Positions 32,078 through 42,706 are shown, counted from the stretch's first letter. The stretch is DNA of 64,000 bases from an uncultured Solirubrobacterales bacterium (GCA_963788715.1 CAWBID010000023.1:107891-171890); one strand, 5' to 3'. Made by a program: numbers and translations. The notes: generated by a model from the sequence alone, not told the origin.

Positions 32078-32562
32078 AGTCGATTGCCGTCTGCCCCGGC
32101 TCCTATGACCCGATTACAAACGGCCACCTGGACGTGATTCGCAGGGCCGCACAGTTGTACGACGAAGTGGTGGTCGCGGTCGTGAATCGCTCTGTGCGCA
32201 AGGATAAGACGCTGTTCGGTATCGAGGAGCGGATGGCGTTCATCGAGGCGGCACTCACCGATCTGCCAGGCGTGCGCGCCGAGCCGTTCAACACGCTTGT
32301 GGTCGATTTCGCGAGACGTGTGGGGGCCAAGGCGATCGTGAAGGGGCTGCGGGCGATCTCGGACTTCGAGTACGAGTTCGAGATGAACCAGCTCAACCGC
32401 CGCCAGGATCCCGAGATAGAGTCGGTATACCTAATGGCCTCACCCCAATACAGCTTCCTGTCTTCCAGCGGCGTCAAGGAGCTCGCCACATTTGGCGGGC
32501 GAATCGACGACTTGGTGCCCGCTGGGGTGGCGGAGCGCTTGCAGGAAGAGTTGCGGCGTTGA
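32065..32562 (+). CDS. coaD: Phosphopantetheine adenylyltransferase
   Basis: PGSYDPITNGHLD, KGLRAISDFEYE, SSSGVKE. Confidence 0.97.
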   Translation: MSVDKSIAVCPGSYDPITNGHLDVIRRAAQLYDEVVVAVVNRSVRKDKTLFGIEERMAFIEAALTDLPGVRAEPFNTLVVDFARRVGAKAIVKGLRAISDFEYEFEMNQLNRRQDPEIESVYLMASPQYSFLSSSGVKELATFGGRIDDLVPAGVAERLQEELRR

Positions 32563-32647
32563 CGAACTTTCCTCACGTGAGGCTCATCTTGAGAGACAAA
32601 TCCGCTCATATGTCGTGGTCCGGGATGCTCCATGGAGGTGACCGCTG

Positions 32648-33112
32648 ATGGACGTACTGGTCTTGATCGACAAGCTCGACGACTTGGTCCACAACGCCAA
32701 GCCGGTGCCCCTTACCGACCAAGTCAGGGTCGACAAGGAGGAGATCTACGACATCCTCGACCAGATGCGGGCCACGATCCCCGAGGAGATCAAGCAGGCT
32801 CGCTGGATCGTCAAGGAGCGCCAAGAGATGCTTGCCGAGGCTAAGAAGGAGGCGGAGCGCATCGTCAAAGAGGCACGCGAGCGTCAAGAGAAGCTGGTGG
32901 GCGAGGAGGAGGTCACCAAGCAGGCCGAGCGCGCTGCCGAGGACATCGTCGAGGACGCCCAGGCTCGCGAGCGCGAGATCAGGCTCGGTGCCGAGGACTA
33001 CGCTGATGAGATCTTGGGCACCTTGGAGGTCAACCTCTCGAAGTTCATCGCCGCGGTGCAACGTGGCCGCGAGCGCTTGCAGGGCAAGGACGAGCCCGCT
33101 GAAGTTTCGTAG
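32648..33112 (+). CDS. Coiled-coil DivIVA-like protein (SepIVA/Rv2927c-like)
   Basis: AKPVPLT..R..IPEEIKQARWI..EA..EAERIV..A coiled coil; usual position between coaD and yceD-rpmF; SD GGAGG. Confidence 0.75.
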   Translation: MDVLVLIDKLDDLVHNAKPVPLTDQVRVDKEEIYDILDQMRATIPEEIKQARWIVKERQEMLAEAKKEAERIVKEARERQEKLVGEEEVTKQAERAAEDIVEDAQAREREIRLGAEDYADEILGTLEVNLSKFIAAVQRGRERLQGKDEPAEVS

Positions 33113-33140
33113 CGAAGCTCGTTTTGGGTAGGGTGCCCGC

Positions 33141-34751
33141 GTGAGCTCACCCCTTAAGCACCGCTGGGAAGTCGCCAAGGTTCTGCTCGGGACCGGCCTG
33201 ATTGCGCCTGTGCGCCCGGACCGTGCGGTCAAGTCCGTGATGGCGCTCAAGCGCTGGGGCGCCACCCCCGCTGCTGCCTACACGGGTTCGGCTGCTCGCT
33301 TTCCCGATCGCGAGGCGATCGTGGACGAGCGCGGGACGCTCACGTTCGCGGAAGTTCAGCGGCGCACCAATGCCCTCGCAAGCGAAATGCGGGCTGCCGG
33401 AATCAAAGCGGGCGACGGTGTGGCGATCATGTGCCGCAATCACCGTGGCTTTGTCGAGGCGACCATCGCCTGTTCCAAGCTTGGAGCCAGCGCGCTGTAT
33501 CTGAACACGGCGTTTGCGGGCCCCCAGATCACCGATGTTCTGCGCCGCGAGGACCCGGCCGGTCTCATTTATGACCAGGACTTCGCGAATCTGGTGGGAG
33601 AGGGGGGCGAGGGTCGCCGGCGCTTCGTGGCTTGGAGTGAGCCGGGCGCTACACCCCCAGACCCGACCTTGGAGGAGCTGATCGCCAAAGGCAGCGAGGC
33701 GGATCTCACGCCACCGCCGGAACCGGGCAAGGTTGTGATCCTGACTTCGGGCACGACCGGTACCCCAAAGGGGGCCGCCCGCAAACAGCCGGACTCCTTG
33801 GAGCCGGCGGCAGCTCTGTTCTCGAAGATCCCTTTGAAGGCGAGGCAGAGGACGGTGATCGCGGCGCCGATGTTCCACTCGTGGGGCTACGCCCACTTCA
33901 CCCTGGCTTTGCCGCTCTCCTCGACGCTCGTCTTGCGCCGACGTTTTGACCCTGAGGAGACGCTGCGGGCGGTGGCCGAGCATCGCGCTAGCGCTCTCGC
34001 AGTCGTACCGGTCATGTTGCAGCGCATCCTCGAGTTGCCAATCGAGACGATCAAGAGCTATGACACGAGCTCTCTGAAGATCATCGCCGCCAGCGGCTCC
34101 GCTTTGCCGGGTGAGTTGGCGACGCGCGTGATGGACGTGTTCGGGGATGTGCTCTACAACCTATACGGCTCGACGGAGGTCGCCTGGGCCTCGATCGCCA
34201 CCCCCGCGGACCTTCGCGCCGCACCGGGCACCGCCGGCAAGCCACCGATGGGGACCATCGTGAAGCTGCTCGACGAGCAGGGCCACGAGGTGCCCAGGGG
34301 AGAGAACGGGCGCATCTTCGTCGCCAACGAGATGGTCTTCGAAGGCTATACCGGCGGCGGCGGCAAGGAGATCGTCAGCGGCTTGATGAGCACGGGCGAC
34401 GTGGGACGTATGGATTCCGGCGGGCGTCTGTTCGTCGATGGGCGCGACGACGAGATGATCGTCTCCGGGGGGGAGAACGTGTTCCCGCGCGAGGTCGAGG
34501 ACCTGCTTGCCGATCACGAGGGGATCGAAGAGGCCGCCGTGATCGGTGTCGAGGACGCCGAGTTCGGCCAGCGCCTGAAGGCGTTCGTGGTCGCCCGCGA
34601 AGGTTCGGACCTGGACGAAGAGAAGGTCAAGGAGTACGTCAAGCACAACCTCGCCCGCTACAAGGTGCCGCGCGAAGTCGTCTTCGTGGATGAGTTGCCG
34701 CGCAACGCCACCGGCAAGGTGCTCAAGCGCGAGCTGCACCAGTTGGCCTGA
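33141..34751 (+). CDS. Acyl-CoA synthetase (AMP-binding FadD family)
   Basis: TSGTTGTPKG, YGSTE, TGD, GRDDEMIVSGGENVFP, LPRNATGK. Confidence 0.93.
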   Translation: MSSPLKHRWEVAKVLLGTGLIAPVRPDRAVKSVMALKRWGATPAAAYTGSAARFPDREAIVDERGTLTFAEVQRRTNALASEMRAAGIKAGDGVAIMCRNHRGFVEATIACSKLGASALYLNTAFAGPQITDVLRREDPAGLIYDQDFANLVGEGGEGRRRFVAWSEPGATPPDPTLEELIAKGSEADLTPPPEPGKVVILTSGTTGTPKGAARKQPDSLEPAAALFSKIPLKARQRTVIAAPMFHSWGYAHFTLALPLSSTLVLRRRFDPEETLRAVAEHRASALAVVPVMLQRILELPIETIKSYDTSSLKIIAASGSALPGELATRVMDVFGDVLYNLYGSTEVAWASIATPADLRAAPGTAGKPPMGTIVKLLDEQGHEVPRGENGRIFVANEMVFEGYTGGGGKEIVSGLMSTGDVGRMDSGGRLFVDGRDDEMIVSGGENVFPREVEDLLADHEGIEEAAVIGVEDAEFGQRLKAFVVAREGSDLDEEKVKEYVKHNLARYKVPREVVFVDELPRNATGKVLKRELHQLA

Positions 34752-34774
34752 AGCGTCTCACTAATCTGGAGAGA

Positions 34775-35293
34775 GTGCCTGCGGTGACAGACATTCTCGA
34801 TCTGGGCGGCCTGCGGTTGAGCGCGGGGGAGGGTCGCCGCTTCGAGCTGGCCGCGCACATCGACCCGCTGAGTCTTGGCGGCGAGCCCTACCAGGTGGGC
34901 CCGGCCGCGATCCCGGTGAGGCTCGAGGTGTCGCGCATGATGGGCAACGGATACGCGCTCAGACTGTCCTTCGAGGCGAGCTTGGCGGGCGCTTGCATGC
35001 GCTGCCTGAAGGACGCGACTCCCCAGATCGGGGTCGACGCGCGCGAGGTGGACCGGCCGGGAGGCGGCGAGGAGCTCTCAAGCCCCTACCTGCAAGACGA
35101 GCGCCTGGACTTGGCTGCCTGGGCGCGCGACGCCTTGGTCTTGGCGTTGCCTAACCAGGTTCTGTGTCGCGAGGACTGCGCCGGGCTGTGTCCCGTTTGT
35201 GCTGTCGACCTGAACGAGGCCGGCCCCGAGCACACCCACGAGCGCAGTCCCGATCCGCGCTGGGCGAAGCTAAGTGAGCTGAAGCTTGAGTAG
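34775..35293 (+). CDS. YceD/DUF177 family protein
   Basis: CMRCL, LCREDCAGLCPVC, DPRWAKL; precedes rpmF. Confidence 0.9.
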   Translation: MPAVTDILDLGGLRLSAGEGRRFELAAHIDPLSLGGEPYQVGPAAIPVRLEVSRMMGNGYALRLSFEASLAGACMRCLKDATPQIGVDAREVDRPGGGEELSSPYLQDERLDLAAWARDALVLALPNQVLCREDCAGLCPVCAVDLNEAGPEHTHERSPDPRWAKLSELKLE

Positions 35294-35357
35294 TCCTTGG
35301 CGGCTGGACTGGTTCTGGGCGGCTAGTCCCAACGTGGCCTGGTAGCCTGTTCGGCCG

Positions 35358-35570
35358 ATGGCGGTCCCCAAGAAAAAGCAATCTCACAGCCGCACGGCTT
35401 TGCGTCGTGCCAATCACAAGATCAGCGCTCCGGCCTTGAACGAGTGCCCACGCTGTCACAGCCCGCGCAGGCCGCACCGTGTGTGCCCTGTCTGCGGTAC
35501 CTATGCAGGTCGTGAGGTTGTGGTCCCCGAGGCCCACAGTCACGACCACGAGCACGATCACGACGACTGA
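35358..35570 (+). CDS. rpmF: 50S ribosomal protein bL32 with His/acidic C-terminal tail
   Basis: MAVPKKKQSHSR, CPRC..PHRVCPVCG.Y.GR. Confidence 0.96.
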   Translation: MAVPKKKQSHSRTALRRANHKISAPALNECPRCHSPRRPHRVCPVCGTYAGREVVVPEAHSHDHEHDHDD

Positions 35571-35577
35571 GTCGTCC

Positions 35578-36654
35578 GTGAGCGGAAGTTCCGCTCGAGT
35601 CGAGGACGTGGTTGTAGCCGTCGACGCCAACGGCTCCGACAAGGGACCTACCGAGGTGCTCGCCGGCGTGCGAGAGGCAGTCCAAGGTGGAGCGCGCGTG
35701 CTCTTGTTCGGGCCGACCCAGCAGATCGAAGCTCTTGCGCCATTGGGGCCCCGCGTTGAGGTCGTGGACGCGCCGCTGTCAATAGCCAAGAGCCCGGACC
35801 CGGCCAGGGCCGTTAGAGAAACGCCCGAAGCTTCGATCGTGCAGGCGGCCAAAGCCGTGGGCGAAGGTCGCGCGCAGGCCCTTGTTTGCGCGGGCGGGAC
35901 CGGGGCGGCCTTGGCGGCCGGCTTGTTCAACATCAAGCGCGCGCGCGGCGTGCACCGCCCGGCGCTGGCCTTGCCGATTCCGGTCCCTGGCTTGGCCCAC
36001 CCGATGACGCTCCTCGATGTCGGCGCCAGCGTGCAGGCTCGCAGCGATCATCTGGTCCAGTTCGCGTTCATGGGTTCCGCCTTCGCGACGTCGGTACTAG
36101 GTGTAAAGAATCCACGCGTTGGTCTGCTCTCAAACGGCGAGGAGGCCGAGCGCGGTAACGACTTGGTCGTGCAGGCGGGTGAGCAGCTTTCCCGCCTCGC
36201 TAGTGACGGGCGTCTCGCTTGGGTCGGCAACGTCGAGGGAAACGACGTCGTGGGGGGAGGAGCCGATGTGATCGTGTGCGACGGTTTTACCGGCAACATC
36301 GCCCTGAAGCTGATGGAGGGTGTCTCCCAGACCGTGCTCGGAGCGGTCCGGGACGCCGCGCTTTCTTCGCGGCGAGGCAAGCTGGGCGGAATGCTCTTGC
36401 GGCCGAGCTTGCGCGCCTTTCGCGACGAGATCGATCCTGAAGCGCAAGGAGGCGCCTATCTGCTTGGACTGCGTCGCCTCGCGGTGGTCCCGCACGGGCG
36501 CTTCGCCGCCCGCGGCTTTGCCCAAGCGATCCTGCGCGCCGAGCGCGGCGTGCGCGAGGATGTCGTAGGCGCTACGTACGCGGCCTTGAGGGACGCCGGC
36601 GCGCTGCGAAGCGTCCCTGTGTCCGCCGATCCGGCTAGCCTCCCGAGCGAATGA
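35578..36654 (+). CDS. plsX: Phosphate acyltransferase PlsX
   Basis: VAVDANGSD, GVHRPAL, LLDVGA, RVGLLSNGEE, GNVEG, CDGFTGNIALK. Confidence 0.93.
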   Translation: MSGSSARVEDVVVAVDANGSDKGPTEVLAGVREAVQGGARVLLFGPTQQIEALAPLGPRVEVVDAPLSIAKSPDPARAVRETPEASIVQAAKAVGEGRAQALVCAGGTGAALAAGLFNIKRARGVHRPALALPIPVPGLAHPMTLLDVGASVQARSDHLVQFAFMGSAFATSVLGVKNPRVGLLSNGEEAERGNDLVVQAGEQLSRLASDGRLAWVGNVEGNDVVGGGADVIVCDGFTGNIALKLMEGVSQTVLGAVRDAALSSRRGKLGGMLLRPSLRAFRDEIDPEAQGGAYLLGLRRLAVVPHGRFAARGFAQAILRAERGVREDVVGATYAALRDAGALRSVPVSADPASLPSE

Positions 36655-36902
36655 CGCGTGAGGAGGTGTTCGTCCTGATACAGGCCCATTTGGCCGACGA
36701 GCTCGATTTGGACCCCAATCAAATCGGCGATTCCACGCGCTTCAAGGAGGACTTGGCGGCCGACTCCTTGGACCTTTACACGCTCGTGCAGGAGCTAGAG
36801 GACAGCTATGGCGTGCGCATCCCCGACGAGCAGGCAGCCGAGATCTTGACGGTCGGTCAAGCGGTCGACTTCGTCGTGGCACACTCCAGCAAGGATGCCT
36901 GA
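36651..36902 (+). CDS. acpP: Acyl carrier protein
   Basis: FKEDLAADSLD phosphopantetheine site; acidic 83 aa. Confidence 0.95.
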   Translation: MTREEVFVLIQAHLADELDLDPNQIGDSTRFKEDLAADSLDLYTLVQELEDSYGVRIPDEQAAEILTVGQAVDFVVAHSSKDA

Positions 36903-37602
36903 TCGTATGGAGGGGTCGGTGGACCTGCTGACATCGCTACTCGACGAGCTCCCGGAGGAACTCGCGCGGCAGGTGTTCACGCACGCCTCCTGGACTGAGC
37001 GGCGCAGCGACTCCTATGCCCGCTTGGCGTTCCTCGGCGACAGCGTGTTGGCTTTGGCGGTTACCACCCATCTCTATCCGCGTCTTGAAGCCGAGCGCTT
37101 CGGGGCGGGCCGGCTCACGAAGATCCGGGCGCAGGCGGTCTCCGGTCGCTCCTGCCGAGCGGTGGCGGAACGGTTGGGAGTGGGTGATCGCCTACGTGCA
37201 GTGGCACCCGAGAACGGCGAGGGGAGACTGGTGGGGCTGCTTGAGACCGAGCGCGTACTCGCCTCGGTGATCGAGGCCGTGATCGGTGCTTGCTACCTAC
37301 AGGCCGGATACGAGCGCACCGCCGAGGCAGTAGTCGAGGCGTTCGCGCCGGAGATCGAGGACGCCTTGGAGCATCCCTTGGACTTCAAGTCGGCCTTGCA
37401 AGAGCAGCTGGCCAGGCGGGGGGAGACGATCGTCTATGAGGTGACCGACGAGCACGGACCGCCGCACGACCGCACATTCGTGGTGGTTGCCTTGGTCGAC
37501 GGTCGTCCTTTGGGCAAAGGACGCGGACGCAGTAAGAAGCATGCCGAGCAACAAGCCGCGAACGAGGCTCTGGAGAGTCTCGCAAAGGGCGTAGAGGCAT
37601 GA
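36895..37602 (+). CDS. rnc: Ribonuclease III with atypical active-site residues
   Basis: FTHAS, RLAFLGDSVL, EAVIGACY, C-terminal dsRBD (DFKSALQE..GPPH..G.GRSKK.AEQ.AA); acpP-rnc-smc synteny. Confidence 0.92.
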   Translation: MPDRMEGSVDLLTSLLDELPEELARQVFTHASWTERRSDSYARLAFLGDSVLALAVTTHLYPRLEAERFGAGRLTKIRAQAVSGRSCRAVAERLGVGDRLRAVAPENGEGRLVGLLETERVLASVIEAVIGACYLQAGYERTAEAVVEAFAPEIEDALEHPLDFKSALQEQLARRGETIVYEVTDEHGPPHDRTFVVVALVDGRPLGKGRGRSKKHAEQQAANEALESLAKGVEA

Positions 37603-37699
37603 GCACGCATGGCGGCGCCGGACGGCGTCCTCGGTCGCTCATGTGCGAAGCACACTTCGCTCCCTGCGTCCTTGTCTGGCTTGCCCTGCGTGCCCATGC
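37599..37699 (+). repeat. Structured intergenic repeat (REP/MIRU-like), copy 2
   Basis: Homologous to 24671-24778; begins with ATGA overlapping the rnc stop; GCATGG...CCATGC inverted near-terminal arms. Confidence 0.85.
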
Positions 37700-37726
37700 G
37701 GGACTCGTGGTCAAAGAGGTCCCCGC

Positions 37727-40700
37727 GTGCATCTGAAGTCGCTCACCCTGAAGGGGTTCAAGTCCTTTCCGGATCGCACCAAGCTCGATTTCGGGCCGGG
37801 TGTGAGCGTCGTGGTCGGTCCCAACGGGTCGGGCAAGTCCAACGTCACCGACGCCTTGCTGTGGGCGATGGGCGAGCAATCGCCTCTGGCTGTGAGGGGT
37901 CAGTCGATGCAAGATGTGATCTTCGGTGGCGGTCGTGGCGTGCAGGCACGCAGCGCGGCCGAGGTCGAGCTGGTGCTCGACAATTCAGACGGCACGGTCG
38001 ACCTCCCGCTCTCTGAGATCTCGATCGTGCGTCGCCTCGATCGCGCAGGCGAGGGCGAGTATCGGCTCAACGGTGCACGTTGCCGCTTGGTCGACGTAAT
38101 CGAGGTTCTCTCTGACACGGGTCTCGGCAAGGAGACCCACTCGGTCATATCGCAAGGTCGGGTCGAGGCGATTGTGACCTCCAAGCCGCGCGACCGACGT
38201 CTCTTGATCGAGGAGGCCGCGGGGCTCGGCAAGCATCGCAAGCGTCGGCGCCGCGCCCAACTGAAGCTCGAGCGCACACAAGAGAACCTCGACCGGGCCT
38301 TGGACGTGGAGCGCGAGGCCCGCACGCGCTTGCGCCCACTAAAGCGCCAAGCCGAGGCGGCCGAGCTGCACGAGCGCCTCGAGCACCAGATGCTGCAGGC
38401 CCGCTACGAGCTTGCTCGCGAGGCGGTCCGGGCGCGCACCGAGGAGTTGGCCCAGGCCGAGGAAGGCGTACAGGCGGCAAGAGCCGCGCGCGAGCAGATC
38501 GAGTCGCGCTTGCGTGCCGTTGTGGCTCGTAGAGCGGCGGCCGAGCAGGCCCTCGCCGAGCGCACCGAGCGCCACGACGCGATCTCCAAGCGGGCCTATG
38601 AGGCGCGCTCCGCGCGCGAGCGCCTGCAGATGCGCGGCGAGCAGGCAGCGGCCACGGCGGCGAGCGTGGCCCAGCGGGCAAATCGCATCGAGATCGAGTT
38701 GGGCGCGCTTGAGCAACCGCTCGGCGGTGAAGGAGCCGAGCGTGACCCGGCCGCCGAGGATCAGGCCAGCGAGGCTCGCGTGCAAGCGATAGAGCAGGCA
38801 TTGGTCCAGATGGACAGCGATCACGAGCGCGAGCTGGAGCGCGAGATCGCCGGTTTGGAGGCAGAGCGCACAGCCGCCATCGAGCGCGCCGAGGAGCTGC
38901 AAACTGAGGCGCATACGGCCCACGAGGCACGGGTGCAAGCGGATGCTAAGGCCGAAAGTGCCCGCGCGAGTCTGCGCCAACTCGAAGCCGAGGCCGAGAC
39001 GGCGCGGCGGGAGGCGGCCAAGGTCGGGGCGGAGCTAGCGGCGGCTAACCAATTTCTGCGCAGCCACGCGGGCATCCACGGTTCCGGTGCGGGCTCGCCG
39101 CGTGCTTTGAGCGACGCCTTGCGGGTGCAACCCGGCTACGAGCTAGCGCTCACGGCGGCGCTTGGGGGACGCCTGGACGCAGCTCTGGTTGCCGATATGG
39201 ACGGGGCTCATGTCTTGCTCGACAAGGTCGGTCCTGACGGTGGCGCAGCGCTGCTAGCGGGCGAAGCGGCTCGCGAGAACGACGGCTTGCGCGGGCAGGG
39301 AATCTCGGCAAGCTCAAGCGAGCCACACATCGATGGGGCGCCCGCCCCGGATACCGGTGAGCAGCCGGCTCCCGGAGCGTTGCACCTGACGGGTCTTGTG
39401 AGCGGTTCGGGCGCAATTCTGGAGTTGGCTCGCAGGTTGCTGGCGGACGCTTGGGTGGTCGAGCGCTTGGAGGACGTGCGGGACGGCTTCAAAGGTGTGG
39501 CGTGTACGCGCTCAGGACGCGTCCTGTTCGGGGCATGGGGGGAGTTGCGCCAGGTCACCGCCGGCGGCGCCGAGCGGGTCTTGGCTCGTCGCAACGAGCG
39601 CGATCGCTTGATCGCCGAGAGCGAGCGAGTCGTGGCCGGCGAGCACGTGGCCCGGGAGGCGGTCGAGCGGGCGCTCGAGCAGGTGCGCGAGGCCGACAGC
39701 GCACGCGAGGAGGCTGACGCCGCTTTGCGAGAGCGTGAGCGCTCTCTCTCGGAGGCATTGGAGGCCCAGCGCAAAGCGAATTGGCTGATCGAGCAACGCA
39801 AGGCCGCTCCCGAGCAAGGCCCCATGGCCGTGCGACGTGCCGAGCTGCAAGGCGAGCTGGCGGCAGAGCGCCGCCAGGCGGAGCGCCGCAAGGCCGAGGA
39901 AGCCGAGCGCACGCGGCGGATCGAGCGCTTGCGCGCCCAAAGGGTCGCCGATCTGGACCTGGCCCCATGCGCCGAGCGCTTGGCGGCGGCGTTCGCCGGC
40001 GCCGCCGACGCGATGGACGGAGTGCTCAGCTGCAGATCGAGGAGTTGTTGAGCAGGGACCGTGCGGAGGGCGACCATGTATCGGCTGAGCTGAGGGCGTG
40101 CGCTCAGGAGGAGGCCGAGATTCAGGGAGCGTTGAGGGTCGAGGGCGAGGCCGTGACCGGCGCGGAGGTGACCGCCCAGCGTCTGCGCGACCAGGCGGCC
40201 GAGGCCAAGGAGGAGTTGCGCGAGGTTTCACAGCGACTGGAGCTACCTTTGCCAGGGGCCGATAAGGCGCGCGACCCCGACTCGGAGGGGTCCGAGTCCC
40301 CGATGGCCGAGGCGGAGTCTGTAGAGCCACTCAGCGAGGAGCAGGAACAGGCCTTGCGCGCGCGCCTGGAGCGCCTAGCGCGCCGCCGTGAGCAGCTCGG
40401 TCCGGTCAACCCGCTCGCCGGCCAGGAGTACGCCGAGGCGATCGCGCACGTCGAGGAGCTCGAGGAGCGACGAACCGACCTTGAGACGGCCTTGCGCGAG
40501 TTGAAGTCAGTGATCCGGGAAACGGACCGCCAGATACACGAGACCTTCAACGAGACCTTCTCGGCGGCGGCACGAAACTTCGAGGAGCTTGTCGGAGACG
40601 TGTTTCCTGGAGGTAGCGGACGTCTACGCCTGGTCAAGGACGAGCAAGCTCCACGGTCGGTTCTGGGTGGTCAACCCGCGCCCAAGGACGGCGAGGAGGC

Positions 40701-41283
40701 CGACGCCGAGACGGATGCGGAGGTCGAGGCCGAGCGGCAGGAGCAGGACGCCGAGGAGATGTTGGGGGTCGAGATCGAGATCACGCCGGCCGGCAAGTCC
40801 ACCAAGCGCTGTCGCTTGCTCTCTGGCGGGGAGAAGTCGATGACCGCGCTGGCCTTCATGTTCTCGGTGTTCCTGGCACGACCGTGCCCCTTCTACGTGC
40901 TCGACGAGGTCGAGGCGGCGCTCGACGATCTCAACCTCGACCGTTTCCTGACGCTGCTGCGCCGATACGCGGGTCGGGCGCAGTTCATCGTGATCACCCA
41001 CCAAAAGCGCACGATGGAGGCGGCCGACTGGCTGTATGGCGTCTCGATGGCCGATAACGGGGTCTCCAAGGTGCTCTCGCGGCGATTCCCGAAGGAGGAT
41101 GGCGACACCACAGGTAGCTCCGGTCCAGGACTCGCCCGAGGCAACCGGCCGGAGGAACAGTCGAACCTCGCCGCCAGACGTCGACGTCGGTGGCTGGACA
41201 GGGTCCATGGCGACGGTCGCCCCAGTCGAAGACCCGCCTCAGGTAGCTCCGGTCGCATAGGCGATGCCACGCGACTGGTCTGA
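37727..41283 (+). CDS. smc: Chromosome segregation protein SMC; frameshift near 40030, 3' end uncertain
   Basis: LKGFKSF, GPNGSGKSN Walker A, long coiled coils, LSGGEK signature, LDEVEAALD Walker B in the second ORF. Confidence 0.94.
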
Positions 41284-42266
41284 GCTGTTCATCACCGACG
41301 GGTCCGCCCAGGCTTCAGGCGCCCGTGCCGAGCAGGGCAGCGAACGTAGACGCGGGCTTGTTCAAGCGCTTGCGCGAAAACCTCGTCGAAGACACGCCAA
41401 GCGCTCGGCTCGGAGATCCAGGCGACGCTATTCGCGACGCTTGACGAGCACACTTGGGAACGGTTGGAGGAGGCTTTGATCATGGCCGATGTTGGCGCGA
41501 GTACCACCGCGTCGGTCGTGGAGACGCTCGAGCGCGAAGCAAGCGAAGACGGTCTCACTAGCGGGCGCCGAGCTGTCCGAGCGGCTTGATCGAGCTACTC
41601 GCACAGACGGCGCGCAGCGAGGAGGATCGCATCGACATCCGCGCCAAGCCGACGGTGATCCTGGCGGTGGGCGTCAATGGCACAGGCAAGACCACGACGA
41701 TCGGCAAGCTCGCTTGGCATCTACGCAACGAGCTCGGCGTGAGCGTCCTGCTCGGCGCAGCCGACACGTTCCGCGCAGCCGCCACAGAGCAGCTCGAAGG
41801 CTGGGCCGAGCGGGCTGGGTGCGAGATCGTGATCGGCCCGGAGGGCTGCGATCCAGGGTCGGTCGCCTTCGAGGCGGTCTCCCAAGCTCGCGCCAAGGAG
41901 ATCGACGTCGTGATCGTGGACACCGCCGGACGCCTGCACACGCAGGACGACCTGATGGAGGAGCTGGCAAAGGTGCGGCGTGTCCTGGAAAGGCAATTGG
42001 AGGGGGCACCGCACGAGACACTGCTCACGGTGGACGCCACTACAGGGCAGAACGGGTTGCGCCAGGCGCGCATGTTCGCGGAGTCGGCCGGGGTGAGCGG
42101 GATCGTGCTGACCAAGCTCGACGGCACCGCACGCGGAGGGATCGCGCTTGCGATCACCCGCGAGCTGAACTTGCCCGTCAAGCTGATCGGGATTGGAGAG
42201 CAGCTTGAGGACCTGCGCCCATTCGATGCCGAGGATTTTGCCCGGGCCTTGGTGGCCGAGGCATAA
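41264..42266 (+). CDS. ftsY: SRP receptor FtsY; several indels in the 5' part
   Basis: MPRDWSELF start, [14 protein letters not shown] in another frame, then [32 protein letters not shown]. Confidence 0.93.
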
Positions 42267-42274
42267 TCAAAGAC

Positions 42275-42706
42275 ATGGGCGCTTGGATCCTATGGTTGGT
42301 CGCAGCTTGTGCGCTCGGAGTGGGCGAGATGCACCAGGGCGGCTTCTATCTCGCGCCGTTTGCAGCCGGAGCTGCGCTCGCGGGCGTCGTTGGTCTGCTC
42401 GGGGTCGGTGTTCTGCTCTCGACGATCGTCTTTTTGGTGGCGTCCGGCATCGTGTTCGCGACGCTGCGGCCCGTCGCACGTCGCCATCGCAGGTTGCCGC
42501 CCTCGATCAGGACCGGTGCCGCAGCTCTGATCGGACGCCGGGCGATAGTTTTGGAGCGGATCGCCAACGACGAGGGTGTCGGCTGTGTGAAGATCGACGG
42601 AGAAGTGTGGACCGCGCGCAGCTTCGACGAAGACCAGATATTCGATCCTGGCGAACGCGTCGAAGTCGTCGAAATCAGGGGTGCCACGGCTTTGGTGATG
42701 CACTGA
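42275..42706 (+). CDS. NfeD family membrane protein
   Basis: N-terminal TM helices, LIGRRAIV, VKIDGEVWTARS OB-fold; upstream of SPFH gene. Confidence 0.9.
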   Translation: MGAWILWLVAACALGVGEMHQGGFYLAPFAAGAALAGVVGLLGVGVLLSTIVFLVASGIVFATLRPVARRHRRLPPSIRTGAAALIGRRAIVLERIANDEGVGCVKIDGEVWTARSFDEDQIFDPGERVEVVEIRGATALVMH

